This document shows positions 1 through 10,224 of a DNA stretch of 64,000 nt, one piece after another. Source of the stretch: Bacillota bacterium. Lineage in GTDB: Bacteria > Bacillota > Clostridia > Christensenellales > SZUA-584. The stretch is from contig JAEWBO010000040.1 in the NCBI GenBank assembly GCA_023391105.1, positions 39,265 through 103,264 on the forward strand, in the 5' to 3' direction. Made by a program: the position numbers and the translations under genes. Positions within the stretch are counted from its first letter, which is position 1, and each line of letters starts with the position of its first letter. Below the pieces are notes generated by a model, which saw nothing but the letters and a program-made list of their open reading frames with translations, was not told the DNA's origin and did no database searches.

Positions 1-57
1 CTCTTCGCTCTCAAGGCTTTTGATCACGACTCTGTCGCCCAATGGTTTTATGGACAT
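1..57 (-). CDS. groES: Co-chaperonin GroES, first 19 codons only (gene runs off the left edge)
   Basis: Reverse strand from ATG at 57 reads MSIKPLGDRVVIKSLESEE, the canonical GroES N-terminus. AAGGAGG RBS at 66-72. CIRCE operator lies upstream. Confidence 0.85.
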   Translation of the reverse strand, partial: MSIKPLGDRVVIKSLESEE

Positions 58-108
58 AATAAAAACCTCCTTGTAGATATTATATTTACATTAATATTTC
101 CATCTTTG

Positions 109-135
109 TTAGCACTCTCTTTATTCGAGTGCTAA
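109..135 (-). promoter_or_regulatory. CIRCE element (HrcA operator)
   Basis: Perfect TTAGCACTC-N9-GAGTGCTAA inverted repeat, read directly, between the putative promoter and the groES RBS. Confidence 0.9.
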
Positions 136-143
136 CAGGATTA

Positions 144-172
144 ATAATAATATATAAGAGAAATGATGGCAA
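144..172 (-). promoter_or_regulatory. Putative sigma-A promoter of groES operon
   Basis: On the reverse strand: TTGCCA (172-167), 17-nt spacer, TATTAT (149-144), immediately upstream of CIRCE. Confidence 0.45.
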
Positions 173-559
173 ATCTCAAAAATGCTACTAGTCATTCATA
201 TTCCTCCGTAATCAGACTTTATTCTAAGATATCTTTGCATATGAACATGAATCTCCTGATTATCTCGTTTTTTTGATTAATTTAAAATATTTCCCACGTT
301 TGTGCAGGACTTTTCCCACGTGCGTTGAATATTAAGATGTTAGAATCGCTCCATGCAAGCTTTTCAACGAATAAATTGAAATGATATTTACACCACGCAG
401 CATCTTTTGCCTTTGGGCTTATTGGGCTGCATTTTAAACCAATTAATCGTAGAATAATTATGGCGTTCTGCGCTGGATCGTATATATTGGACAAGCATCC
501 TTGCGGATTATGTTATAAAAAATATGCGTGAGAAGCGCAGGATTTCGAGGAGCAACAGC

Positions 560-1009
560 ATGGATAAATGGGACAAGCGTTTTATGGACTTAACGGTCAA
601 CATCGCCAAATGGTCCAGCTGCTACAAGACAGACCGCAGCATTGGTGCAGTAATCGTTAACAATAAACGGATACTCACCACGGGCTATAACGGTGCGCCT
701 GCAGGCCTGAAAAGCTGCAAGGAAAAAGGCGAATGTCTGCGCCAAAAGCTCGGCATTGAATCCGGCACCAAGCACGAGCTGTGTTATGCCGTTCATGCCG
801 AACAAAACGCCATCATTCAGGCTGCCAAGCTCGGTATCAGCATCGAGGGTGCCACAATGTACTGTACGCACCAGCCATGCGTGATTTGCTCGAAAATGAT
901 CGTCAATGCGGGGGTCTCCCGCGTCGTCTATTTAAAACCATATCCGGATGAATTCTCACACGAGATATTTAAGGAAGCCGGGGTTGAGCTCGTCAAGTTT
1001 AAGAGCTGA
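560..1009 (+). CDS. comEB: dCMP (deoxycytidylate) deaminase, ComEB family
   Basis: ORF 524-1009. Zinc-deaminase motifs HAEQNAI and PCVICSKMIVNAGV. Likely start at internal Met (MDKWDKRFMDL...). Confidence 0.85.
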   Translation: MDKWDKRFMDLTVNIAKWSSCYKTDRSIGAVIVNNKRILTTGYNGAPAGLKSCKEKGECLRQKLGIESGTKHELCYAVHAEQNAIIQAAKLGISIEGATMYCTHQPCVICSKMIVNAGVSRVVYLKPYPDEFSHEIFKEAGVELVKFKS

Positions 1010-1117
1010 ATCTTAGAAAAACGTTATCTATTGATAACAAGCGCCTTTTGGGGTAATATAATGTGGTGTATTGAAAAGAATACACCATATTTTGTGATGG
1101 AATAAAGGGGAGATAAT

Positions 1118-3085
1118 ATGGCCAAAGAATACAGTGCGAGCGATATACAGGTGCTTGAGGGGCTCGACGCAGTACGCAAACGCCCCGGCATGTATATCGG
1201 TTCCACGGGCCAAAAGGGGCTGCACCATTTGCTATGGGAAATCGTCGACAACTCGGTGGATGAAGCGGTCAACGGCTATGCCGACAAAATCAGTGTAACG
1301 CTGCACACGGATAATTCCGTCACCGTCGAAGACAACGGACGGGGCATTCCCGTGGGATTGCATCCTGAAAAGAAAGTATCCGGCGTGGAGGTTGTGTTTA
1401 CACAACTGCACGCAGGCGGCAAGTTTAACAGTGACTCATATACATACTCGGGCGGTCTGCACGGTGTGGGCGCATCTGTTGTCAACGCGCTGTCGCGCTG
1501 GCTCCACGTCACCGTCTGCGTGGGCGGCAAAATATATGAACAGCATTATGAAAGCCGTATGAAAAGCGGCAAGGTGGAAAGCGGTCGGCCAATCACCAAG
1601 CTTGAGGAAAAGGGCACCACGAAAAACCGCGGCACCAAGATCACGTTTTTGCCGGATGACCGCATTTTCGAAACCATCAGTTACAACTTTGATACCGTTG
1701 CGTCGCATCTGCGCGTGATATCCTTTTTGAGCAAAAACGTCAAGATCGCGCTTATCGATGAGCGCAGCTTAAAGGACGGTCGTCCCAAGAAAATCGTGTT
1801 CGATTATCAAGGCGGCATTGTTGATTTCGTGCAATATCTCAACGAAGAAAAAACTGTGCTGCATAAAACGCCTATCTACTTCGATGGCGAAAAAAACGAC
1901 GTGCGCGTTGAGATCGCGATGCAGTATAACGACACCTACAATGAAAACATACTTTCCTTTGTGAACAATATCAACACAGCGGACGGCGGTACTCATGTCT
2001 CGGGATTCAAGGCCGCACACACCAAGGTGATGAACGAATACGCAAGGACTGCCGGTCTGTTAAAAGAAAAAGAGGACAACCTCTCAGGTGACGATTACCG
2101 GGAAGGGCTGTGCACCATCATCAGCATCAAGATGAAGGATGCTCAGTTTGAAGGCCAGACTAAGGCTAAGCTTGGCAATACCGATGTCAAAACCATTGTG
2201 GAAAGTATCGTACAAGAAAAGCTCTCCCTATTCTTTGCAGACCTTAACCACACCGCGATCGCGAGTGAACTCGTGGGCAAGGCCGTGAAGGCCGCCAAGG
2301 CAAGAGAGGCCGCTACCAAGGCCAAGAAGCTCGAGCGCCAGCGCAGCAAGCTGGAGGGCGCGCCGCTCGTCGGCAAGCTTTCAAGCTGCTCAGGCCGTGA
2401 CGCCAAAAGCAATGAGCTTTTCATCGTGGAGGGCGACAGCGCGGGCGGCAGCGCCAAGCAGGGCCGTGACCGCAAATTTCAGGCGATCCTCCCCCTTCGC
2501 GGCAAACCGCTTAACGTGGAAAAGAAGCGCCTTGATCAGGTGATTGAGAACAACGAATTCCGGTCGATCATCACCGCTCTTGGCACCGGCTTCGACGGCG
2601 TTTTTGAAGAAGCTGATCTCAAATATCACAAGATCATCATACTCGCGGACGCAGATCAGGACGGCGCGCACATCCGCGCGATATTGCTGACCTTCTTCTA
2701 CCGTTATTTCCGTGATCTGCTGACGGCGGGTCATATCTTCATTGGGCGTCCCCCGCTGTATCGCGTTCACAAGGGAAGCAAATCCGTGTACGCCTACACA
2801 GACGCGGAGCTAAGGGCTGCGCAGCAGGAGTTTGGCAAGGAAGCCAACGTGCAGCGCTACAAAGGCCTTGGCGAAATGAACCCCGAGCAGCTATGGGAAA
2901 CCACGATGAACCCGGCACAGCGCAAGCTGTATCGCGTGGAGCTGGACGACGCGGCGGAAGCCGAGCGGCTTGTCACGCTGCTTATGGGCGATAAAGCCGA
3001 GCCGCGCAAGGAATACATTTCCGAGCACGCGAATTTCAACAAGGAAGACAGTTTTTATAAAGAGAAGGTGTTGAGCCATGCCTAA
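1118..3085 (+). CDS. parE: Type IIA topoisomerase B subunit, most likely topoisomerase IV ParE
   Basis: 655 aa. GHKL N-terminus ([18 protein letters not shown]), [25 protein letters not shown]. Sizes match the ParE/ParC pair of Bacillus. The partner lacks a GyrA box at the start of its C-terminal domain. Confidence 0.75.
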   Translation: MAKEYSASDIQVLEGLDAVRKRPGMYIGSTGQKGLHHLLWEIVDNSVDEAVNGYADKISVTLHTDNSVTVEDNGRGIPVGLHPEKKVSGVEVVFTQLHAGGKFNSDSYTYSGGLHGVGASVVNALSRWLHVTVCVGGKIYEQHYESRMKSGKVESGRPITKLEEKGTTKNRGTKITFLPDDRIFETISYNFDTVASHLRVISFLSKNVKIALIDERSLKDGRPKKIVFDYQGGIVDFVQYLNEEKTVLHKTPIYFDGEKNDVRVEIAMQYNDTYNENILSFVNNINTADGGTHVSGFKAAHTKVMNEYARTAGLLKEKEDNLSGDDYREGLCTIISIKMKDAQFEGQTKAKLGNTDVKTIVESIVQEKLSLFFADLNHTAIASELVGKAVKAAKAREAATKAKKLERQRSKLEGAPLVGKLSSCSGRDAKSNELFIVEGDSAGGSAKQGRDRKFQAILPLRGKPLNVEKKRLDQVIENNEFRSIITALGTGFDGVFEEADLKYHKIIILADADQDGAHIRAILLTFFYRYFRDLLTAGHIFIGRPPLYRVHKGSKSVYAYTDAELRAAQQEFGKEANVQRYKGLGEMNPEQLWETTMNPAQRKLYRVELDDAAEAERLVTLLMGDKAEPRKEYISEHANFNKEDSFYKEKVLSHA

Positions 3086-5501
3086 CAAAAACGAAGCGAA
3101 CTCAATCGATATCACGCCAGTATCCATGAGCGACATGATGCACGATTCGATGATCCCGTTTGCCGAATACGTGATAATGGACAGAGCGCTGCCCCGCGTG
3201 GAAGACGGTTTAAAGCCCGTGCAGCGCCGCATACTCTACACGATGCTGGAGCTTGGCCTCACGCCCGATAAACCGCACAGAAAATCCGCACGTATCGTCG
3301 GTGATACCCTGGGTAAATACCATCCTCACGGCGACAGCTCGGTTTACGACGCGATGGTGCGTATGGCGCAGGATTTTGTGATGCGCGCGCCGCTCGTTAA
3401 CGGCCACGGCAATTTTGGCAGCATGGACGGCGACTCCGCCGCCGCTATGCGTTACACCGAAGCGCGTCTCTCCCCCATCGCCATGGAAATGCTCGCGCAC
3501 ATCGAAAAGGACACGGTGCGCTGGTCTTTGAACTTTGACGACACATTGAAAGAACCCGACATGCTGCCCGCGCGTTATCCCAATCTGCTGGTCAACGGCG
3601 CGGCAGGCATCGCGGTGGGTCTTGCCACCAACATCCCGCCTCATAACCTTGGAGAGGTGATCGACGGCGTTGTCGCGCGAATCCGCAACCCGGAGCTCTC
3701 GCTCGAAGAGCTCATGGAACTGATTCCGGGGCCTGACTTCCCCACGGGCGGCTATCTGCTCAACCTTGATCAGCTTAAAGAAGCATACGCCACGGGCCGT
3801 GGCAAGATCGCCATGCGCGCCAAGACGACCATTGAGAAAGGCCTTAACGGAAAATCGCTGATCGTCATCAACGAAATGCCGTATCAGGTCAACAAAGCAG
3901 CGATGCTTGAAAAAATTCTGCAGATCACCGAACAGAAAAAAGAGATGTTCGCGGGAATATCGGACATCCGTGACGAGTCTGACCGCACCGGTCTGCGCGC
4001 AGTCATTGAGGTGCGCAAGGACTATGATCCCAAAACGATACTCAACTGTCTGTACAAATATTCGGATATGCAGACGACGTTCGGCATCAACATGGTATGC
4101 ATCGCGGACGGCCAGCCCAAACAGCTCTCTCTGATGAGCATCATCGACCACTATATCCGTTTCCAAAAGGAAATCGTCACACGCCGCACGCAATATGATC
4201 TGGAAAAAGCGCGGCAGAGGGAGCATATCCTCGCCGGTCTCATCATCGCGGTTAAAAATATCGATGAAGTGATCCGCATCATCCGCGGCTCATCGTCTCC
4301 CAAGGAAGCGCGTGACAAACTGATGAAACGCTTCGATTTATCGCATATTCAGGCACAGGCCATACTCGACATGCGCCTTGCAAGGCTGACCGCGCTCGAG
4401 ATCGAATCGCTCGAAAAAGAGTATGCCTTCATTCTTGAAACCATTGCGCGGCTTGAAGCGATTCTCGCATCTGAGCAAAAGCTCATGAGCGTCATTATCC
4501 ACGAGCTCACCGAGATCAAGGAAAAATACGGTGACAAACGCCGTACGAAAATACTCGATACAAACCATGAAATCGAGATCAACGAAGATGAGTTTAAATC
4601 GGTTGAAGAGTGCGTGATTATACTCACGAACGGCGGCTTCTTAAAGCGCATCAATCAGAAATCGTTCCAGAAGTCTGTTCAAAGTGAGGACGACGGTGTG
4701 AAAAGCATCGTGCCGTCTGCGACGAATCTTCGCGTTCAGATATTCACGAACCTTGGCACGCTCTATACCCTGCCCGCTACAGATATTCCGGACTGCAAGC
4801 TCAAGGACAAGGGCAAGCCGCTGTCTGCGATCATCGCGGGTATCGATCCAAAAGAAAGCATTGTGGGGCTTTTCTCTGTTGCCGATTACAATACTGGCGG
4901 CGTCTTCTTTGTCACACAAAACGGGCAAATAAAACGCACGCATCTGTCGGAATACGATGTGCGCAACAAAAAAATTGCGGCCTGCGGCCTTGCAGAGGGC
5001 GACAGCATCATCTCTGTGAATCTGCTTAAGGATGAAAGCGACTGGATGATAGTCACCAAACTCGGCATGGGTATCCGCTTCTCATCCGAAGACGTGAACC
5101 CCATGGGCCGCAGCGCCAAGGGTGTAAAAAGCATCACACTGCAAAAGGGCGACTGCGTCGTCATGGCTGCACCCGTCTCCGAACAAGACGATATGGCGCT
5201 GTTTACCGACCTTGGCTACGCCAAGCTCACGCGCGTTTATCTGTTTGAAACGCAGAAACGTGGCGGCAAGGGCTTAAAAGCGGTATCGCTGCTCAAAAAC
5301 GGCACCACCGGCACGTATGTGGCGGCGGCCTTCCCTGTTTCCGAGCCGTGCGGTATCGTCGTCACGCTGAAAAGCGGACAAAGCTTTTCGCTCTCCTCCG
5401 AGCAGCTCGACCGGCAGGACAGAAACGCCAAAGGCAGCTCCGCGGTGCTGGCCGTGCTGGGCGACTGCGTGGTATCGGCGGGCAAATCGTTCCTCGCGTA
5501 A
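3078..5501 (+). CDS. parC: Type IIA topoisomerase A subunit, most likely topoisomerase IV ParC
   Basis: 807 aa. HPHGD and [11 protein letters not shown] (catalytic Tyr region). 8-nt overlap with the B subunit. No QRRGGKG motif directly after the coiled coil. Confidence 0.75.
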   Translation: MPNKNEANSIDITPVSMSDMMHDSMIPFAEYVIMDRALPRVEDGLKPVQRRILYTMLELGLTPDKPHRKSARIVGDTLGKYHPHGDSSVYDAMVRMAQDFVMRAPLVNGHGNFGSMDGDSAAAMRYTEARLSPIAMEMLAHIEKDTVRWSLNFDDTLKEPDMLPARYPNLLVNGAAGIAVGLATNIPPHNLGEVIDGVVARIRNPELSLEELMELIPGPDFPTGGYLLNLDQLKEAYATGRGKIAMRAKTTIEKGLNGKSLIVINEMPYQVNKAAMLEKILQITEQKKEMFAGISDIRDESDRTGLRAVIEVRKDYDPKTILNCLYKYSDMQTTFGINMVCIADGQPKQLSLMSIIDHYIRFQKEIVTRRTQYDLEKARQREHILAGLIIAVKNIDEVIRIIRGSSSPKEARDKLMKRFDLSHIQAQAILDMRLARLTALEIESLEKEYAFILETIARLEAILASEQKLMSVIIHELTEIKEKYGDKRRTKILDTNHEIEINEDEFKSVEECVIILTNGGFLKRINQKSFQKSVQSEDDGVKSIVPSATNLRVQIFTNLGTLYTLPATDIPDCKLKDKGKPLSAIIAGIDPKESIVGLFSVADYNTGGVFFVTQNGQIKRTHLSEYDVRNKKIAACGLAEGDSIISVNLLKDESDWMIVTKLGMGIRFSSEDVNPMGRSAKGVKSITLQKGDCVVMAAPVSEQDDMALFTDLGYAKLTRVYLFETQKRGGKGLKAVSLLKNGTTGTYVAAAFPVSEPCGIVVTLKSGQSFSLSSEQLDRQDRNAKGSSAVLAVLGDCVVSAGKSFLA

Positions 5502-5512
5502 ACGAAGCATGA

Positions 5513-5542
5513 GCCGTTCGCAGAACTGCGGGCGGCTTTTTT
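5513..5542 (+). terminator. Intrinsic terminator after parC
   Basis: GC stem gccgttcgcag/ctgcgggcggc followed by TTTTTT. Confidence 0.7.
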
Positions 5543-5743
5543 CTATTTAATACCTGACTTGAGCACCTTTCATCAAAAACGATATCTTAAAACGTCGTAA
5601 TACCGATCAATAGGCACTTTTCATTCAGCCGCCCATAAATGTGCTTACCTATGAGGTGCGCAAAAACGCTTGTTTTAATGCGACGTTTTATCAGATATTT
5701 CACTTCGTCTTCTCAGTATGACAGAGATAAAAATGAATACATG

Positions 5744-5772
5744 CAAAAAGGAACGGTCTGTTACCGTTCCCC
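5744..5772 (-). terminator. Intrinsic terminator after the carboxypeptidase gene
   Basis: Reverse strand: ggaacggt-aacag-accgttcc followed by TTTTTG. Confidence 0.65.
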
Positions 5773-5823
5773 AAAAACAAATAATCCATAATTATTAATT
5801 AGTCATTCTAATTATTAATTGCT

Positions 5824-7269
5824 TTACCTTCTGATCTTATAACTGTATTGCGGTTTCTTGCGCGTGCTGTAGCGTTTTCTGCGTTTTTTATTCACCGTGA
5901 GCAGTCGGAACACGAGGAAACCGATCAGCGCCACGGGAATTAATAGCCAAAGCCAAATACCGGAATGATCGCTCTTTTTGACCAGCTGCTCAGGAATCGT
6001 AGGCGGCAGCGTCGCCACGGCCGTTCCGCCCTTCACACTGCTCTCCGTGCCTGCCTGAAGCACATCACGCGAGGCCACAAGCGAACCTGTATATATGACT
6101 TCGCCCGTTTTTTCGCTCTTATATGTCACCGTCCCCAACACTTGGTCTTTAACTATCGGCGCCTGCAAAGGTATTACCGCAGTAAACGCAGGTTCGATCT
6201 GTACATTGTCCGTTCCATCCAGCAAGCCGTTGGCAACGTTGCTGGGCAATGTCACATAAGTATCTTGCGAGGGAGCCGCAAATTCAAGAAGCCCGCCTTT
6301 TTCATCCGTGGCAGAGCAATTCTCCACCGTTTGCTGCAAAGGCGGTGTATCCTTAAGTACTTCCGATATCTTCAGCGTCCTGTAATTCGAAAATCCAAAG
6401 TCGAACAGGTTCTTGGCATCCGTCCATCTGTCCCGACCTTCTTCGGTTGCCGTATCCTTAAATAAAAGGACGATAAGCTTCATGCCATCCTTACTGGCCG
6501 AAGCCACCAGGCATGCTCCGGCTTCCTCTGTGGAACCTGTTTTCATGCCATTCGCGTATGCATAGTAATATTCGTTATCTTTTCTGACAAGAAAGTTCGT
6601 ATTATCATATTTCATATTGTTTTCAGGCAGTGTATAAGTCGACCTGTCCACAATCTCCATAAACTTTGAATTTTCCATCGCAGCACGCGCAAGTATGGCC
6701 ATATCCGATACTGTGGTGACATGGTCTTCCTCGTGCTTGCCGTGCGGCGTGACGAAATGTGTATTGGTCATGCCCAGTTCTTGCGCTTTGGCATTCATCA
6801 TATCGACGAAATTTTGCTCATTGCCGCCGCCCAAATGCTCGGCCACCGCTGTGGCCGCGTCGTTACCGGACACCATCATCATAGCCGTCAGAAGGTTTCC
6901 CAGATTGACTTCTAAGCCTTCATCAAGATAACAGGAAGACCCGCTCATGCGATCGGCATGACCGCTTATCTTCACCGTGTCGCTGAGATTGCCTTTTTCC
7001 AATGCCACCAGCAACGTCATGATCTTGGTTGTGCTCGCGGGTTCAATCCGTTCACTTTCATTTTCCGAAGACGCAAGCACTCTGCCCGAATCCGCGTCGA
7101 TTAGCATCCATGCATAAGAAGCCGGATCACCTGTAAATTTAGGCTCAGCGGCAAGCGCTGTGCTCGAAAACGCAGCGAGTACTAATATTAACACGAATAA
7201 AAAAGAAGTCACTCTTCTCAAAATACAAACATCTCCCCGACCACCTGTATTCATCTCCCAAAAACACAA
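5824..7269 (-). CDS. D-alanyl-D-alanine carboxypeptidase (PBP5/DacB-like, S11) with C-terminal membrane anchor
   Basis: SxxK (ASTTKIMT), SGN (VSGNDAA) and KTG (MKTGST) motifs. N-terminal signal peptide. C-terminal TM plus basic tail. The true start is probably internal (TTG near 7221 preceded by GGGGAG, giving MRRVTSFLFVL...). Confidence 0.85.
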   Translation of the reverse strand: MCFWEMNTGGRGDVCILRRVTSFLFVLILVLAAFSSTALAAEPKFTGDPASYAWMLIDADSGRVLASSENESERIEPASTTKIMTLLVALEKGNLSDTVKISGHADRMSGSSCYLDEGLEVNLGNLLTAMMMVSGNDAATAVAEHLGGGNEQNFVDMMNAKAQELGMTNTHFVTPHGKHEEDHVTTVSDMAILARAAMENSKFMEIVDRSTYTLPENNMKYDNTNFLVRKDNEYYYAYANGMKTGSTEEAGACLVASASKDGMKLIVLLFKDTATEEGRDRWTDAKNLFDFGFSNYRTLKISEVLKDTPPLQQTVENCSATDEKGGLLEFAAPSQDTYVTLPSNVANGLLDGTDNVQIEPAFTAVIPLQAPIVKDQVLGTVTYKSEKTGEVIYTGSLVASRDVLQAGTESSVKGGTAVATLPPTIPEQLVKKSDHSGIWLWLLIPVALIGFLVFRLLTVNKKRRKRYSTRKKPQYSYKIRR

Positions 7270-7582
7270 AGCGCAGTGACAGTATAACAGTTTTGTAACA
7301 CTTTGTACATACTAATTAAACAAATTAAACCAAAACCAATGGATCAATTTCCATTAGACAATCGGGGTGTGAATGAGTAGTGTGAATTTGATTGTGTTTT
7401 TCGTTTTCTTTAAGGGTAAATTATATGATGTATGAAGATTTACATCTATATTAATCATACAGTATTTAAAGCTTTGAATCAATGAGAAAAGTGTGAACGA
7501 TGCATCCTCTAAACACTATAGGATTTGTAGCAAAAAGTACAAGACCAACTAGTTGTATGAATCTAGGTTATTAGTCAGCTTA

Positions 7583-8272
7583 TTATAAGCCCATGATCGC
7601 ACTCACACCATTGACGTATTTTGAATTTTTGGAAATTCGAAATCCAAGCTCGTTCACAAGATCAGATGCACCGGCAATTTCACTTGTATCAAATTTTATC
7701 TCCAGAACAAGAATCTGTTCATATGTCCCAAAGTGACCACAGTTGAGTTTGGCTTCTGTTGGATTAGCAAACCACAGTTTCTTATCCAGTGTTATTCTAT
7801 ATTTCTTATCTCCGGTAAGAAAATAACGCCGTACATAGCTATTAACCAAAACAGGGTTCCTTTGGAGCAGTTCGCTCACCATAACCATATTGTCCGGATT
7901 ATGTGCTTCACGATGCATGATTTCGCAAAGCTTTGGTGTATAATTATAATAATTGAAAGTCTCGTCAAAGCGAAAAGATGGCAGCCTCATGCATTTTTTT
8001 CCGCCCGACAAACCAAATTTGTATTTGTTCTCAAGTGTTGGAGAGGCAATTTCGCCTCTCAGATCACCATACCAGCGAATCCGGTATTTTTTTCTGTTTG
8101 AATCACCATGAGTATTAGCACGGTAATCCGAATAGTCCAATGAATCGAAATAGATATTGTTTATCTGCCGTTCATGATAGATTTCACGAACGGCATGTCT
8201 GCTGCTAATCAACCTGTTCACAATCATAGTATAATCAGACTCAGGAAAAACCATTTTTAACTCATATCTCAT
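7583..8272 (-). CDS. VTC-domain (CYTH-like tunnel, polyphosphate polymerase domain) protein
   Basis: 229 aa. Opens MRYELKMVF and has a late ...LEIKFD strand, as I recall for bacterial VTC-domain proteins. ATGA overlap with the upstream gene. Sits with DUF4956 and CotH genes, the usual neighbours of this family. Confidence 0.65.
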   Translation of the reverse strand: MRYELKMVFPESDYTMIVNRLISSRHAVREIYHERQINNIYFDSLDYSDYRANTHGDSNRKKYRIRWYGDLRGEIASPTLENKYKFGLSGGKKCMRLPSFRFDETFNYYNYTPKLCEIMHREAHNPDNMVMVSELLQRNPVLVNSYVRRYFLTGDKKYRITLDKKLWFANPTEAKLNCGHFGTYEQILVLEIKFDTSEIAGASDLVNELGFRISKNSKYVNGVSAIMGL

Positions 8273-10200
8273 TTAATCGGCTCCTCATTTATCATCTTTT
8301 CAATAATCAAGGCCTGCTTCTGCTTTTGCGACGCTTCCCAGCTCTGACCATTTACTACAAGTTTGTCATTCTCCTCGATCAGATACCTGAAGTCAATTGA
8401 ACCTTCTAAAGAATATTCATCGATTGTCATTATGCAAGGCCCAAATTCGGGCTTCTTTTGGTAAGAACAGAATCCGATAAATGCGTTTTTTATTGTGACG
8501 TTTGATGCCGTCACTACAGAATTGTCTTTTGCCCCGATACCAATTTGTACATTCTCGGCATACATGTCAACGACTTCGACCGTTGAAGCCTCCCCTGAGC
8601 TTATTGCTTTATCATGAATGTCTTTAAAACTGGTGTTGATCACAGTAAATTTACTTGTAGACACATCAAACGCATCATTACCAGTGGCCTCGAAGTAACA
8701 TCCGTCAAAAGTACCTTGACAGAAATCAGAATCGAAAGCATCCTGAAATGTATTTTTAAAAGTACAGTTTTTTAGATAAATATCACTTCTCACCGTATTG
8801 AGGCCGTCTTCAGAGCGGTTATTAAGAAACTCGCAGTTATAAAAATCCACATCTGACTCATAGAAAGTAACTGCTCCCGTTAAATGATAAATACCGCTGG
8901 ATAGCTCGCCAAGATTATCGCAAATCAAGTAATTACATATAGATCGGATTTCCGCCTGAATTACAACAATTCCCGCGCTTTTAGAATTATCTGTCGTCGT
9001 TATTTTCGCAGGCCTTTGCTTAGTTCCTTCAACAACCAACGCTGAACGAGAGATGATAAATGCGTCGTTATGCAAATCTATCGTCTGTCCTTCTTTGATC
9101 ACAAATGTAAAACCCTGGGGTATAAACAACGCCTTATCCAGAACCACATAATCGTCTGTGAAAAATACCTTGCCGTTTTCCTGTCGCAGATTCAAAAAAC
9201 TCGACATATTGTCTTGCGTTCTAATTTGTGTCCCTTGATAAACCGCCTCGTTTATCTGGGCAAAGGGATTTACCTTTTGACGTTTGATTTCGTTTCCTTT
9301 CTCATAGCGATAACAGATGTAAACATCATCAGGGAAGTATTCATGCGTCATGAGTGGCAACGAGTATTCCTTATATAATAGGGTATTATTTGTATTATCA
9401 GAATCAATTAGAACGGCTTTGGGTAAAGTTGACTCCTCAGGAAATTCTGCCAACACATCACCAGTTTCATTCTCAATTCGTAATAGCTCCATATCCAGTT
9501 TGGTTGTCGCACTCTCCAACTGCAAATTGATTTTGCCTTCATCCCAGTTTTTAAGATATGCAAACAGCCCCTGTACATCATATTGCGATCCTGTTCCTGT
9601 ACCCAAATATGCTCTGGTTACTTGCATCTCTTCTGCCTGTTGTAAAACGACAGTATCCTCGATAGACTTAAGCAAAGAAAAATAAGATAATGAAAAACCA
9701 TTCCCAGCATATGGTTCAAATATGATCCTGTCAAAGCCCCTATCCGTCACTTGGTCCGGAAGCTTAATCACTTTCTTACGCAAATCTTCCTGATTGCAGA
9801 TAATCCTCTCATTATCCTCAAATAATCTGTCTTCGCCTATAAGCTCAGACCCAAGATAATACTCTAAATTGTATTGTCCTTCGATCATAATTTCATACAA
9901 ATTAGCATTTGTTGGCTCAGATAATTCAATAGAGAATCCCTTACTTTCACTAACAGCAAGATAGTTTTTTGTATATCCATAGGGGTTATATTCCGAAAGC
10001 ATTTCGGCAGTGAAGTGAGTATATTCGCTGTCATCTGCTCTATTGCTCACATAACTTATGTGATCTTTAACAAATAAAACAGCAAGACAGCAAACTGCTA
10101 AGAATATGGCTATTCCCAGCACAATGATCAGCTTTGCCGAAATGGATATTTGTTTTTCTTTTTCAATTCTTAATTCCATTTTTCCCTCAATAAACTCCAC
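8269..10200 (-). CDS. Membrane-anchored right-handed parallel beta-helix repeat protein
   Basis: 643 aa. N-terminal TM (LIIVLGIAIFLAVCCLAVLFV). The C-terminal half has repeated short N/D/S/T-rich turns (NAFDVSTSKFTVINTSF, NSVVTASNVTIKNAF) typical of PbH1 beta-helix repeats. Confidence 0.6.
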   Translation of the reverse strand: MEFIEGKMELRIEKEKQISISAKLIIVLGIAIFLAVCCLAVLFVKDHISYVSNRADDSEYTHFTAEMLSEYNPYGYTKNYLAVSESKGFSIELSEPTNANLYEIMIEGQYNLEYYLGSELIGEDRLFEDNERIICNQEDLRKKVIKLPDQVTDRGFDRIIFEPYAGNGFSLSYFSLLKSIEDTVVLQQAEEMQVTRAYLGTGTGSQYDVQGLFAYLKNWDEGKINLQLESATTKLDMELLRIENETGDVLAEFPEESTLPKAVLIDSDNTNNTLLYKEYSLPLMTHEYFPDDVYICYRYEKGNEIKRQKVNPFAQINEAVYQGTQIRTQDNMSSFLNLRQENGKVFFTDDYVVLDKALFIPQGFTFVIKEGQTIDLHNDAFIISRSALVVEGTKQRPAKITTTDNSKSAGIVVIQAEIRSICNYLICDNLGELSSGIYHLTGAVTFYESDVDFYNCEFLNNRSEDGLNTVRSDIYLKNCTFKNTFQDAFDSDFCQGTFDGCYFEATGNDAFDVSTSKFTVINTSFKDIHDKAISSGEASTVEVVDMYAENVQIGIGAKDNSVVTASNVTIKNAFIGFCSYQKKPEFGPCIMTIDEYSLEGSIDFRYLIEENDKLVVNGQSWEASQKQKQALIIEKMINEEPIK

Positions 10201-10224
10201 CTAGATTTGGCATATGACCCAAAA

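Noticed and set aside
282-494. 70-aa minus-strand ORF in the AT-rich spacer between groES and comEB.
   Set aside because: TTG start, no RBS, no recognisable motif. It could be a gene fragment, but I cannot support it.
3210-4226. 338-aa ORF antisense to parC. Similar long antisense or alternate-frame ORFs: 20281-21024, 21349-22410, 25836-26480, 33544-34293, 49149-49967, 55859-56389, 58707-59207, 60157-60810.
   Set aside because: Each lies opposite or out of frame to a gene with unmistakable family motifs. Their products are Arg/His/Ala-rich with no RBS. This is typical of stop-codon-poor antisense frames in GC-rich coding DNA.
5230-5290. QKRGGKG heptapeptide in the A subunit, resembling the GyrA box (QRRGGKG), which would argue for gyrase rather than topo IV.
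   Set aside because: It sits in the last C-terminal blade, about 80 residues from the end. It is not directly after the coiled coil, where the GyrA box belongs. The expected position reads [15 protein letters not shown] kept the ParC call but at moderate confidence.
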